A DNA stretch of 64,000 nucleotides from contig MU058213.1 of the NCBI GenBank assembly GCA_013265495.1, positions 6,774,066-6,838,065 of the forward strand, in the 5' to 3' direction. Shown here piece after piece: positions 13,411 to 25,101 of this stretch; position 1 is the stretch's first letter; every line of letters starts with the position of its first letter. Below the pieces are notes generated by a model, which had not been told where the DNA came from, did not search any database, and saw only the letters and a list, made by a program, of their open reading frames with translations. The DNA comes from Vicugna vicugna. Taxonomy: Eukaryota. The translations under genes and the position numbers were made by a program.

Positions 13411-14175
13411 TTCTCTGAAATGGCTGTACTCCTCAGATGCGGGTGATTTCTGCCCATGAACTCATCCCCTGGACGTCAGCCACTCTGTCTGTCAGGTGAT
13501 ACTCACCTGGGAAAGTCTGAAGTTCTCATCACAGTCAGGAGGTGGAGGATTGGTTTTTCCTCACTTTTCAGGAAAAGCCTCTCCAGCACTGTTGTGAATG
13601 GGTGTGGCCCGCCACTGCGGAAGACTCCAGTTTGAGGATTAAGCTGTCATAAACAGAAGGACAAAACAGAGAGAAGTGCAGGAAAACCGAAGCAGCATCC
13701 AGATGTGCTCACAAATCCATTTACAGCTTTCCCCCACCCCCTCAGCCCTTCTAGATCTCAGTCTGATTGTCTGGGAAAGGAAGAGCTGTTTTGAGGCCTT
13801 GGTTAGGATCCACTTGCTCCAGAGTTATATGCTTCAACCGCTTGGCTAATTTCTTTGAAAGATACACAGGACAGCCTTAAACGCACATGGACACAGGTGG
13901 AATACTGAGCTTTACTATGAAGACTGGATGGTGGTTTTTTCTTTCCACTAAAAGTCACCCCTTGGCTTATAATGGAAATTAACAGTAAAGAACATTCAAT
14001 AGGCAAAGTTTTGTTTTACACACAATTTTAAAGCAGTGTACCAAGTAGCAGCATTTACCAAATAAGAGAACAGATGTTCCACATTTAAAAAAAAAAAATA
14101 GGTTGTGGGCTCAAATATGCATTGAAACGCCTGGGTTTTAAGTCAAACCCATTTCTAACTGATGGAGCTGAACTT

Positions 14176-14296
14176 AAAAAAAAATTTTTTTTTAATTATC
14201 TGTAGTATACTGGTCAGTTTACCTCATTTTCATGATATAGTACAAAGACACTCTTTACTATGAGTGGCTTTAAAAGAACACGAATTGTAAAATCAA
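14176..14296 (-). other. Short TSD-flanked retroposed insert of unidentified origin
   Basis: 14-bp direct repeat ATGGAGCTGAACTT at 14162-14175 and 14297-14310, with a polyT at the left end. Confidence 0.7.
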
Positions 14297-15642
14297 ATGG
14301 AGCTGAACTTTAATTGCTGACGTGCACCGCAAGCCTCCAAAAAGGGGTATCCTATGCCCCAAATATTATTAACTTCAGCTAGCTTAACATCCTTCCTGCC
14401 TGCATTTCTTCCCTCTTCCCTTCCTAGCAGAGTCTCAAAGAACTAAGATTTTTCAGAACAACTTTGGAGAACACTGAACGCACAAAGTGGAAACTTACGC
14501 AAAAATGAGAAATAAAAACAAAAGCAGTCTTGATATAGAGTCATCTGGACATTGTGTTTGTCTTTTGGAGGCTATTTAAAGCCTCAGAAGTTGAATCAAA
14601 ACAAACCACTTTTTTCTCATGGTGATGTGAGAAGTTCTGTTTTCCAAAGACAGCTGTGTTCCTTCCGCCTCAAGAAGTAAGTGTAGAATGAGAGAGGCGT
14701 GGACGGCGCAGGAAAGCACAGGCTGCAGCCACTGTGATGGATTTGTTCACCATTTCCGGGTAAGAGTAGCAAGCATTGGCGAGATCAAGTCATCACTGCT
14801 CTAAATCCCCAGTCATGTCTGTCTCTGACTCCATAAACCAGTGGGGCAGCCGGCCATGCGAGAGCCTAAAGGTTAAGCACATACCATTGACCTCGCGGAG
14901 AAACGAGTTCTCACATCATTAAATACGGCGTGTTCTCCAGCTTTGCCTGATCGCACCGAAAAGTGCCCTGGGAGCATTATTCAAGGCTTAGATGTTTCAC
15001 CTACATTTGTGCGACACAAAATCAATATCTTTTTCCTGCCTTTGTTTGCTTGGATTATATTTAACTACTAAAAAGCTTTTAAGACACCAATCAGATTTAA
15101 CACCTTCCGTCTTCCACAGGCAGTTGTGTGAACAAGAAAAATACAAATATCTCTTTGTTTTCTTTTCCTGTAGGTTGTCAGGACAAGAAACATGAAACAG
15201 CTTATCCGGAGTATGCTTCTATGTTAATATAAAGGTAGACAATTTACAGTCTTGACCTAAAAGACTTTCTTGATAATTGTGCTTTTAGAAAACACTGAAA
15301 GAACAGATTATTCAATAAATAGTGTGGACTTGCTATCCATGTGGGGGAAAATATAAAACCCCAAATCATGCATTTATACAAATAAATTTCCAGATGGATT
15401 CGCTTTTTAAACACAAAAAATAGAAGCATTTGACAAATAGCAGAGAAAAAAATTTTTTAAATAAAGTCATAAAGGAAAGGATGAATATATTTGACTATGT
15501 AAAATTTCTGAATGCCAAAAAAAGATTGAAATAAAATTAACTTTACTTAACCTTTATTCAACACATACTATGTGACAGAAACTAAGCTAAGTCTTCACAT
15601 ATATTGACTCCTTTCTTCCCACTAGTACTGTAAGACAACGAT

Positions 15643-16203
15643 GGTATTAGTCAGGGTTCTCCAGAGAAACTAAACCAATGATGTGTGTGTGCACGCGTGC
15701 ACACGTGTGTGTGCATGCATGTGTATGTACACTAAAAGGATTTATTATAAGGAATTGGCCCAAGGGGCTATGGATACCGAGAAGTTCCAAGATCTCCACA
15801 TGGCAAGCTGGAGACTAAGGAGAGCTGACAGGTAATTCTAGTCCTGGTCCAAAGGCCTGAGAAATAATGAGAGCCAATGATGGACGTTCTAGTCCAAAGA
15901 CCAGCAGGTTCAAGATCCAAGAAGAGCTGATGTTTCAGTCAAAGCCTGAAGGCCAGAGAAAAACAATGTCTCAGCTCATCAGTCAGGTGGGAGGGTTCCC
16001 TCTTAATCTTCTTGCTCTATGCAAGTCTTTACTGATTAGATGGGGCCCACCCACATTAGGGAGGGCAAACTGCCTTACACAGTCTACCCAGTCAAATGTG
16101 AATTTCATCCAAAAACACTTTCACAAACACACACAGAATAATATTTGACCAAATGCCTGGGCTTTATGGCCAGTCAAGTTGACACATAAAACTAACCATC
16201 ACA
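15643..16203 (-). mobile_element. MLT2 (ERVL) solo LTR inserted in a MIR
   Basis: TATTAGTCAGGGTTCTCCAGAGAAAC...GATTTATTATAAGGAATTGGC...CAAGTTGACACATAAAACTAACCATCACA are MLT2 hallmarks. Confidence 0.85.
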
Positions 16204-16319
16204 CTCATACTGTCTCTTTTTAGCACACGAGGAAACTAGGCCTCAAGTTTTTTTCACCAGAATCACACAGCTAGCATGGTAGAGTCAAAGCTTACAACCA
16301 GTTCTATCTAAAACCAAAA

Positions 16320-18020
16320 GGGAATAGACAAACTGAGGGAAATGTTGCAAAATAGGAGACAAAAGAAAAAATACTAATAGCAATCATGAGGTCTTTTACA
16401 AATTAATAATAATGATGATATATCAGACTTGGCAAACAAACACAATGAAACATACAGACGAAACAGACAATGACAGAGGAAAAGACTGTTAATAAGAAGA
16501 GATATGTTCAATCTCATTAATGATAAGTGCAAATTAAAACAATGAGACTTCATTACAGATGTCATATCTGATACCTAATATCATATCAGACTTAAAGACT
16601 GTAGAATGATCATACCCAGTGTGAGCTTGGAGTAAGGAAAATGACATACTCATATACTCTAAACAGGAAGGTAATCTATACAAACTTTCTAGGAAGGTCA
16701 GTTTAGAGGAATCTATCAAAATTTTAAACATAAGCTTTTTTTTGACACAGCAATCTCTTCTAGGTATTTCTCGTACAGAAATATGTTATATGTGCAGATA
16801 TATTTATAAAAGTGTTCACTGCAGTAAGAATAACATATTATAAACAACTGAAATGCCTAGCAAGTAGGAGTTAGGTAAAATTATGAATATATTTCATATG
16901 ATGAAATTCTAAGCAGCCATTAAAAGAACAAAATAGAGGGAAGATGTGCTCACTACTTTCTGAGTGGAGAAAAGCAGGCACGAAACCACATGCAGAGGAT
17001 GGTCTTATTTTTATACAAATAAAGAAAGTTCACAGAGGAGTTTTTACAAAAAGATGTAGGTAATTGTTGATGTATATGGAAATTCAAAGGACTTAGAATA
17101 GCCAAAACAATTTTGACAAAGAAAATCAAAGTTAAGGATTTACACTACCTGGTTTAAAAACTTACTATGAAGATGTATTAATCAAGATAACATGGCATTG
17201 CCATAAAGATGTTAACATAGGTCAATGGAATTAGAGTTCATAGCTAGATCTAGATATATGAGGTAAACTGATTTTCAACAAAGATGCAAAGACAGTCTTA
17301 TCAAAAAATAGTCCTGGAACAACTGGATATCTACATTGAAAGAAAAAAAAAATTCCTGAACTTCAATCCTAATATCAAACCATATACCATAGATATATCT
17401 GATAAAGGACTATGCTCTGGAATATATTACAAAAAACTCCTACAACTCAACAATAAGACATAACTAACCCAATTTAAACTTCTGAATATTTCACTAAAGA
17501 AATCATATGAAGAAGCGATAAACCTGTGATAGTATTCTTAAGATTATTAGTCATTAGGGAAATGCAAATTAAAACCATAAGATACCATTACACATTGTTA
17601 GAATGGTTACAATTTAAAAACTAACCATTTTAAGTGTTGGTGAGGATATAGAGCAATTAGAATTCGTATACACTGCTGATTGGAATTAATATGTATAGCT
17701 ACATTAAAAAAGGGTTTGGCATTTTCTTTTAAAGTTAAATACACATTTATCATACAGTCCAGAAATCCAACCTCTAGGTAGTTACCCAAGAGAAATACAA
17801 AGCATATGTCCACACAGAGACTTGCATACAAATGTTCATAACTGCTTCATTCATAAAAACCAAAAACTTGTAAGCATCCCAAATGCCCATCAATAGAAAA
17901 ATGGACTGCTAATTCATGGTATGGCCATTGAATGGAATACTGATCAGAAATAACATGGCTAAGAACTACTGATTGGCATAACAATATGCATGGATCAAAA
18001 TCACCATGTTATGCCTCAAA
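16320..18020 (+). mobile_element. Old L1 fragments (L1ME/L1MB-like ORF2 end and 3' UTR)
   Basis: GGGAAATGCAAATTAAAACC and CCAAATGCCCATCAATAG, among others. Confidence 0.75.
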
Positions 18021-18031
18021 AAAGTTTTTCT

Positions 18032-18289
18032 GGGGCTGGGCCAAGATGGTGGAGTAGCAGGATGCCTAGCTCACCCTCTCCCACAGAGACAGCCAAATCT
18101 ACACCTACACAGGGAACAAATCACATAGAATATTTACTGAACTTTGGCAGGATATCTCTTACATTGGAAATACAAGGAAATCCTCACAAAACCAACAAAC
18201 AATAAGTTTGTACTCTATAGCATAGGCAACTATATTCAATATCTTATGGTAACCTGTAATGAAAAAGAATATGAAAAGGAATATATATA

Positions 18290-18325
<36 letters not shown>

Positions 18326-18437
18326 CACATATATATATACACATATATATATATATGTATATGTATGACTGAAACATTATGCTGAATACCAGAAATTGAT
18401 ACAAGAGTGTAAACTGATTCTATTTCAAAAAAAAAAA
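18032..18437 (+). mobile_element. Bipartite L1 derivative: ~160 bp of 5' UTR fused to ~240 bp of 3' UTR plus polyA
   Basis: Begins GGGGCTGGGCCAAGATGGTGGAG (L1 5' terminus with YY1-like motif). From 18195 it matches the in-window L1 3' UTR at 1815-2176. Confidence 0.75.
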
Positions 18438-18439
18438 GT

Positions 18440-19480
18440 AAGCATCTGAAGAAAAAAATATTCAGGATTAAACAGTATATTGAACACAGCTGAAGAGAGA
18501 ATTAGTGTACCGAAATATAGACCAGTGGGAATTACTCAGAATGCAACACAGAAACTAGGAGATGGAAAATATTAATAGCACTTAATGAGAAATGAAAGAT
18601 AAAAATATCTGACATATGTCTAATCAAAGCTGTGGAAGGATGCAATTAGGGAGAATGAAAAGCTGCAGTAGAGATAATGGTTCAGAATTTTGCAGAATGG
18701 TTAAAAGATATAAATCCACAGATATAAGAAGCACAACTGCTAAACCAAACATAACAATCAGATTAAATAATCCCTGACATATTGTGGTGAGAATTCTGAA
18801 CACTGAAGACAAAACAAAAAAAAGGACCTTATAAGCGGTGAGAGAAAAAACAAGCACCTCCCTCAGAGTATGCTTGGATAAGCAGCAGCAATGGAAGCCA
18901 GGAAATGTGAATTATGATCTCTTTAAAGCTGAGCCAAAAAAAAAAAAAAAAAGTCAGCGTATAATCATGCACCCAGCAAATTTATCTAAGTTTTGAAACT
19001 ATGCTCATCTTTTTGACAATGAAGGCAAATTAAACATATTTTTCTGATTTTTCAAAACAGAAACAAAACTGGAGAGAATTTATCAACAAACTTTCACTGA
19101 AGAAATTTCTAAAAGATTTTCTTTAGAGAGAAGGAAAATAATCTGAGAAGAAAGGGTCTGGGATTGTGAGAAGGAAAGATGATCAAAGAAATTGGTAAGC
19201 TGTACAACTATTTATCTGTATAAAAGTAATCCTGTTAATTAATGGGCTTAAAAGAGCATCTAAACTTCTGTGCAACAATATCACATCTGTTGAAAGGTAG
19301 TAATCTGATCAAAGTATTCTTGTATTATTATGGAAAATGGTTAAAATATTAATTAATTTTAGACTTCAGAATACATGATAAGATTTTGAGGACAACCAAT
19401 ACAAGAATAGAAGTAGCATGTGTAACTTCCAAATATGAGAGAAAACAATGAGATAAGAAAACAAATCAACTAAATCAACC
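18440..19480 (+). mobile_element. Old L1/HAL1 ORF1-region fragment
   Basis: ORF1-like motifs (ACAGCTGAAGAGAGAATTAGTG, AGCAGCAATGGAAGCCAG, GAAGGCAAATTAAACATATTTT). Confidence 0.65.
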
Positions 19481-20042
19481 CAGAAAGGTATGAAAATGAG
19501 AGGCCAGATCATTCAGGGCCTTATAGGCCATGGGAAGGCTGTGGATTTTGGTCCAAGTGCAGAATTCTGCTGGCATTACGGACAGTCTAAGATAGTGTGA
19601 GATACGTTTACTCCCAGTGTCCAAGATGCTTACTCTCTGATGGAAGGCACTTTCCATTCAGCTTGGTGTTTCACAGTGGTTGACTGTAGTTCATTGGGGC
19701 AGTGGCTTCAAGCCTAACATCCAGTCTGCTTACTTATGCTCTGCAAATCCAGTGACTCAGCTCCTCACTGCCAGTCTGTAATCTTCGAGACTATGATAGC
19801 ACATGCAGTGTGCAGGACGATACATGTAGAGAAACACTTTAAAACTAGAAAGCCAACTCCTTATCAGGGCAATTAAGATCCTCCAAAGTGTAAAAAAAAA
19901 AAAAAAGCAGTCCAAATGCATTTAAAATATGTTTCTTATCCACCACATGCATATAGGACCCAGGCAGGTTACTAGATGGGTAAAGTGGGTAGTGTAGGAA
20001 GAACTGCAAAACTAGAGAGTTTATGCCCTCAAAAAAAAAAGT

Positions 20043-20408
20043 GATGATAAAAGCTCAGTAAATTAGGAATAGAGGAGTACTTCCTAAGTTTGGTAAAGGA
20101 TACTTATTTTAAAATCTATAGCTAATATAATACTTAACAATGAGGAATTAGTAGAAGTTTTCCTGTTAAGATAAAGAAGAAGGCAGGGTTGTCCCCTTTC
20201 ACCACTTCTTTTCAGTGTGGTACTAGAAGTTCTGGCTGTTGCAACAAGAAAAGAAAAGGAAATAAAAGGTATATTAATGGGGAAGGAAGAACTAAAACTT
20301 TCTTTGTTCAGAGATGACATGATTGTCTATGTAGAAAATCTGAAAGAACTGACTGAAAAAAAAAAAGAAAGAAAGAAGGAAGGAGAGAAAGAAAACCTCC
20401 TAGAACTA
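20043..20408 (+). mobile_element. L1 ORF2 RT segment, inverted relative to the adjacent L1
   Basis: [53 protein letters not shown] (RT F.DD motif). Confidence 0.85.
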
Positions 20409-20595
20409 AGTGGCAAAGTGTGTGCCTCGCATGCATGAGGTCCTGGGTTCAATCCCTGGTACCTCCATCAAGCAAAATAAATAAGTAAACCTAACTACGC
20501 CCCCCCCACCACCAAAAATAAAAATAAAGTTTGCTCTATGCTCGAAGGCCATCATTAAAAAAACAAAAAAAAAAGAAAGCAGGAGTAGCTATATG
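20409..20595 (+). repeat. Inverted near-identical duplicate of 22196-22380 (SINE body plus flank)
   Basis: Base-by-base comparison shows one substitution and a 2-nt A-run difference. Confidence 0.95.
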
Positions 20596-22700
20596 GGTAC
20601 TGAATTTTGTCAAATGCTTTTTCTTCATCTATTGATATGACCAAGTGATTTTTCTTCTTTAGCCTGACGATACAATGGAATGTATAAATTGGTTTTCAAA
20701 TGTTGAACCAGCCTGATCTACTTGGGATAAATCCCACTTGGTCCTGGTGTACAATTCTTTGCATATATTGTTGGATTTGATTTACTAATGTTTCGCTGAG
20801 GATTTCTATATGTTATTCATGAGAAATATTGGTCTGTAGTTTCCTTTTCTTGTAATGCCTTCGCCTGGTTTTGGTATTAGGGTAATGCTGCCCTATAGCA
20901 TAACTTAGGAAGTATTTCCTCAGCTTCTGCCTTCTAAAAAAAGATTGTGGAGAACTGGGAAAATTTCCTCCTTAAAGGTTTGATAGAATTCATGAGTGCA
21001 CCCACGTGGGTCTGGTGCTTTCTGTTTTGGAAGGTTATAAATTATAGGTTCAATTTCTTTATTAGATATAGGCATATTCACCTTGTCTATCTCTCCTTGT
21101 ATGAGTTTTGGCATATTGTGTCTTTTCAAGGAACTGGTCCATTTTATTTAGGTTATCAAATTTGTGAGCATAGAGTTGTTCAGATTATTCCTTTAATATC
21201 CTCTTAATGCCTGTGGGATCTGTGGTGATACACCCTCTTTCATGTCTACTGTAATTTGTATTCTTTCTCTGTTTTCTTAGTTAGCCTGGCTGAAGGCTTA
21301 TCAATTTTATTGACCTTTTTAAAAAATCAGCTTTTGGTTTCATTAATTTTCTCTACTGATTTCCTGTTTTCAATTTCATTGATTTCTGCTCTAACATTTA
21401 TTCTTCCTTTTTTCTGCTTACTTTGGATTTAACTTATTCCTCTTTTCCTAGTTTTCTAAGGTGGAAGTTTAGGTGACAGATTTTCGGTCTGTCTTCTAAC
21501 ATATGCAGTCCATGCTATACTTTTCCTCTAATCACTGCTTTTGCCGCATCCAACCAATTTTGAGAAGCTGTATTCTAATTTTCACTTAGTTCAAATATTT
21601 TTATATTTCTCTTGAGGTTTCTCATTTGGCCTAAGTGTTATTTAGAAGTGTGTTTGTTTAATCATCATGTATTTTGGGATTTCCCAGTTATTTTTCTGCT
21701 ACTGATTTTTCTAGTTTAATTCTATTATAGTCTGAGAGTAGACATTATATAATTTATATATTTTTAAAAAATGTGTTAAACTGTGTTTTATGGCTCAGAA
21801 CGTGGTCTACCTTGGGAAATGTTCCATGTAAGCTTGAATATTATGTGTATTCTGCTGTTGGTAGCTGAAGTCGTCTGTAGCTGTCAAGCATATACAATTG
21901 ACTGATGGTGTTGCTGAGTTCAACTATGCCCTTAATTATTTTCTACCTGTGGTATCTGTCCATTTCTGACAGGAGAGTATGAAGTCTCCAACTACACTAG
22001 TAGATTCATCTGTTTATCTTCGCAGTCCTGTCAGTTTTTTCTTACATATCTTGATGCTTTATTGTTAGGCTACATACACATTAAGGTGTACGTAGGTCTT
22101 CTTGAAGAATTGACCCCCTTCCTCTTTATTATTATGTAATTCTTCTCTTTACCCATGTAATTTTCCTTGCTATGAAGTCTGCTCTGTCTGAAATTCATAT
22201 AGCTACTCCTGCTTTCTTTTTTTTGTTTTTTAAATGATGGCCTTCGAGCATAGAGCAAACTTTATTTTTATTTTTGGTGGTGGGGGGGGCGTAGTTAGGT
22301 TTACTTATTTATTTTGCTTGATGGAGGTACCAGGGATTGAACCCAGGACCTCATGCATGCGAGGCACACACTTTGCCACTGAGCTATACCCTCCACCCTC
22401 CTGCTTTCTTTTGATTAGTGTTAGCATGGTGTATCTCTCCCTATCCATGTACTTTCAGTCATTAAGTGTCTTATATTAAAGTGAGTTTCTAATAGACAAC
22501 ACAGCTGAGTCCTGTTTTTTGATCAACTCTGACAATTCCTATCTTTTAACTGATGCATTTAGATCATTGATGTTCAAAGTCATCACTAATATACTTAGAC
22601 TAACAGCTACCATATTTGTTACCCTTGTCCTTGGTTCCTATTTTTGTCTTCCACTCTTTTCTTTGCCTTTAGTGGTTTTAATTGAGCATTTCATACATGA
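20596..22700 (-). mobile_element. Old L1 ORF2 (EN domain to start of RT)
   Basis: Minus-strand ORF2 peptides (PKLIQGEIDKVNMPISNKEIEPIIYNLPKQKAPDPRGCTHEFYQTFKEE). Confidence 0.9.
22221..22397 (-). mobile_element. vic-1-like SINE inserted in L1
   Basis: A and B boxes. TSD CTCCTGCTTTCTTTT at 22206-22220 and 22398-22412. Confidence 0.9.
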
Positions 22701-22719
22701 TTTCTTCTTCCAGTCTTCT

Positions 22720-23040
22720 CTTTTCTTCCCTGATCTTCCATTACCTTCTGACTAAACCTGTTCAATTTTCAAGGCCACCATCAAAGCCATGTATCTTTTG
22801 ATGCTACCCCAGGTAGATACCATTTCTCCTCACCCTGAACTTCCCATGCATTGTTTCACTGGTGCCATGTTTCTTGTTATGCTGAGTTTTATTACAGCTA
22901 TGTATTATATGCTAAATTCCCTACGAGGCTGAAGGCGCTTTGGAAACAGGAAGGTGAGTTTTTTCACCTTTGTATCACCTTTGGAATCTAGCTCAGAGCC
23001 AAGAACAGAGAAAATAAATATTTGTTCAATAAAACTGAAG
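22720..23040 (+). mobile_element. L2 3' end fragment
   Basis: Ends TCTAGCTCAGAGCC...AATAAATATTTGTTCAATAAA, resembling the L2 3' terminus. Confidence 0.6.
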
Positions 23041-23859
23041 TACTAAATAGTGTGATACCCATAAAAAGTCCCATAGTAGCTCAAAATGGAGAGATCAATG
23101 TGGTTTGAAGTATTCGGAGAAGACTGGATAGGGCAGGCGGAAGTGTCCTTGTAGAAGAAGGAACAGCTCCAACAAAGGCATGGAAACGTGAGGGGCATTA
23201 AAGTAGCCGGTCCCCCCCTTCTCTCTAGGAGAATGGACAGGCAGAGAAAGTACTCTTCATTGATTGTGGCCATTCTCAAGTGCTCAGGAAACCCTCTGTA
23301 AGATGTGTCCTCTGGCTGTATTTTTACTTCAGTCCAACGATATGGGAGGCAATAAATGATGATGTATGGAATAAAATGTTCTTCCCCAAAGACTTCGTTT
23401 TCTTTAGATTCTGCCTTCAATATAAATCAAGTGATAATCTTTGCCAAACTTGGGATGTCATATATTTGTTCACTCTTTTATTTAGTAAATATTGATTAAA
23501 CAACAATTATGGGCCAGAAGCGGGCTAAGTGCTGCAGATACAGCCTTGGATAAAATGTGATCATCAGCTTCTAAAAGGCTCACAACCTTATGGGGAAGAT
23601 GAGCTCTCAGTAAGCTGGAAATTGCCCATTTCAATGCAGTCTTTCTGTGACTAATCTTAGACTCATACTGTTTTGAAAAGTTGGAAAACTGAGTATCACC
23701 TGAGGCTGAACATGTCTCCCAGAAGGGATAAGCTTGGTGTAGTCATGTGTGGGAGTCACAGAGAAGTTCTTATCATATGGCTTTGTAATAGTGCAGAATG
23801 AACCCCACCTATCTTTGTATAATACTTCAGTGAAAGGAAACAGACCAATGCAGGAAAAA

Positions 23860-24595
23860 GAAGAGAATTTTTTAAAGCATAGTTAAAATCTTCAGAGAGA
23901 TTCAAGACATCAGAGCCATAAAACTGTAACAGGCTACTATTTTAAAAGTAGTAGTCAGAATTCCTAAAAATTAAAAATAAGAGAACTAAAATTAAAAGTA
24001 ATTCAAACAGAAGAGATGAATATCAGAAATGACATGACTAAAGTTCAATATACAGAGCTAAAAGATTGAGCTGAGGGATTTTTGCAAACTACAATGCAAA
24101 AATAACAAAGGGATAGAAAGTTTAAAGGAAAATTAAGAGTCATGGATGATAGTTCAAGATCCAAAATCTGTGTAAGAAGAGTTCTGAAAAGATGTAACAG
24201 AGAAGATGAAAAGAACCAAAGAAATACCAAACAGAGTAGTTTCCTGAAGTGAAGAAAGATTTAAGGGGTTAGGTAGAAAGGACATGCTTTCTATATTTTC
24301 TAGGAATATAAAAATATTTTCCAGAAATATGGGAGGATCCATAATATAGTACAGATAAATCCTGGAGAAATCTGTGACATTTGACAATAAAAGGAGACTA
24401 CTTTAAGCTTCCAGTACATGCAAGTGTGCTTGGCAGTAGGGAGTGCAAGCTTGCTTACTAAAGAATGGCAATTAAACTGGCACTGGACTTCTTATATGTA
24501 GCATGAAACGCTAGAAAACAATGAGAGAAAATGTCTTGTAAGTACTGAGGGAACAGGATTCTGAATGAAAGTGCCATATTTAACAATAAATAATT
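23860..24595 (+). mobile_element. Old L1/HAL1 ORF1-region fragment
   Basis: A-rich ORF1-like sequence (TAAGAAGAGTTCTGAAAAG, GGACTTCTT...GCTAGAAAACAATG). Confidence 0.55.
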
Positions 24596-24597
24596 CA

Positions 24598-25101
24598 AGT
24601 AGACTGGATAATGCCCCCACCCCCAATATCTACACCCTAATCCCTGGAACCTATGAATGTTTCCTTATATGGACAGCCCCCCCCCAAAAAAACCCCAAAA
24701 CCCAAAAACACTTTGCTGATGTGATACAATGAAGGATCCTGCCATGAGGAGATTATCCTGGGTTATAAAGGTGGGCCCCACACGCGATTACATGTAGCCT
24801 TGTAAGAGGGAGGCAGAGGGAGACTCGACAGACAAGAGGAAAAGGCAATGTGATGACGGGGGCAGAAGAGATGGATGCATCATGAGCCAAGGAATCAGCA
24901 GCCACCAGAAGCCGGGAGAGGCAAGAACAGATTCCCCTCCAGAGCCTCGAGGGAGTACTGCCCTACTGATAACCCTGATTTCAGCCCAGAGGTACTGACC
25001 CCAGACTTGCAGCCTCCAGAACCATGAGGGAATACATTTCTGCTGTTTTTAGCCACCAAGTTTGTGGAAATTTGTTAGAGCGGCCACAAGAGACTGATAC
25101 A
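24598..25101 (+). mobile_element. MLT1 (ERVL-MaLR) solo LTR
   Basis: CCCTAATCCCTGGAACCTATGAATG, GGAGATTATCCTGGGTTAT, GAGCCAAGGAAT...GCCACCAGAAGC and 3' end TTTGTTAGAGCGGCCACAAGAGACTGATACA. Confidence 0.9.

Noticed and set aside
15150..15240. Strong + strand acceptor with a possible short exon
   Set aside because: Weak donor, stops in all frames and no partner exons.
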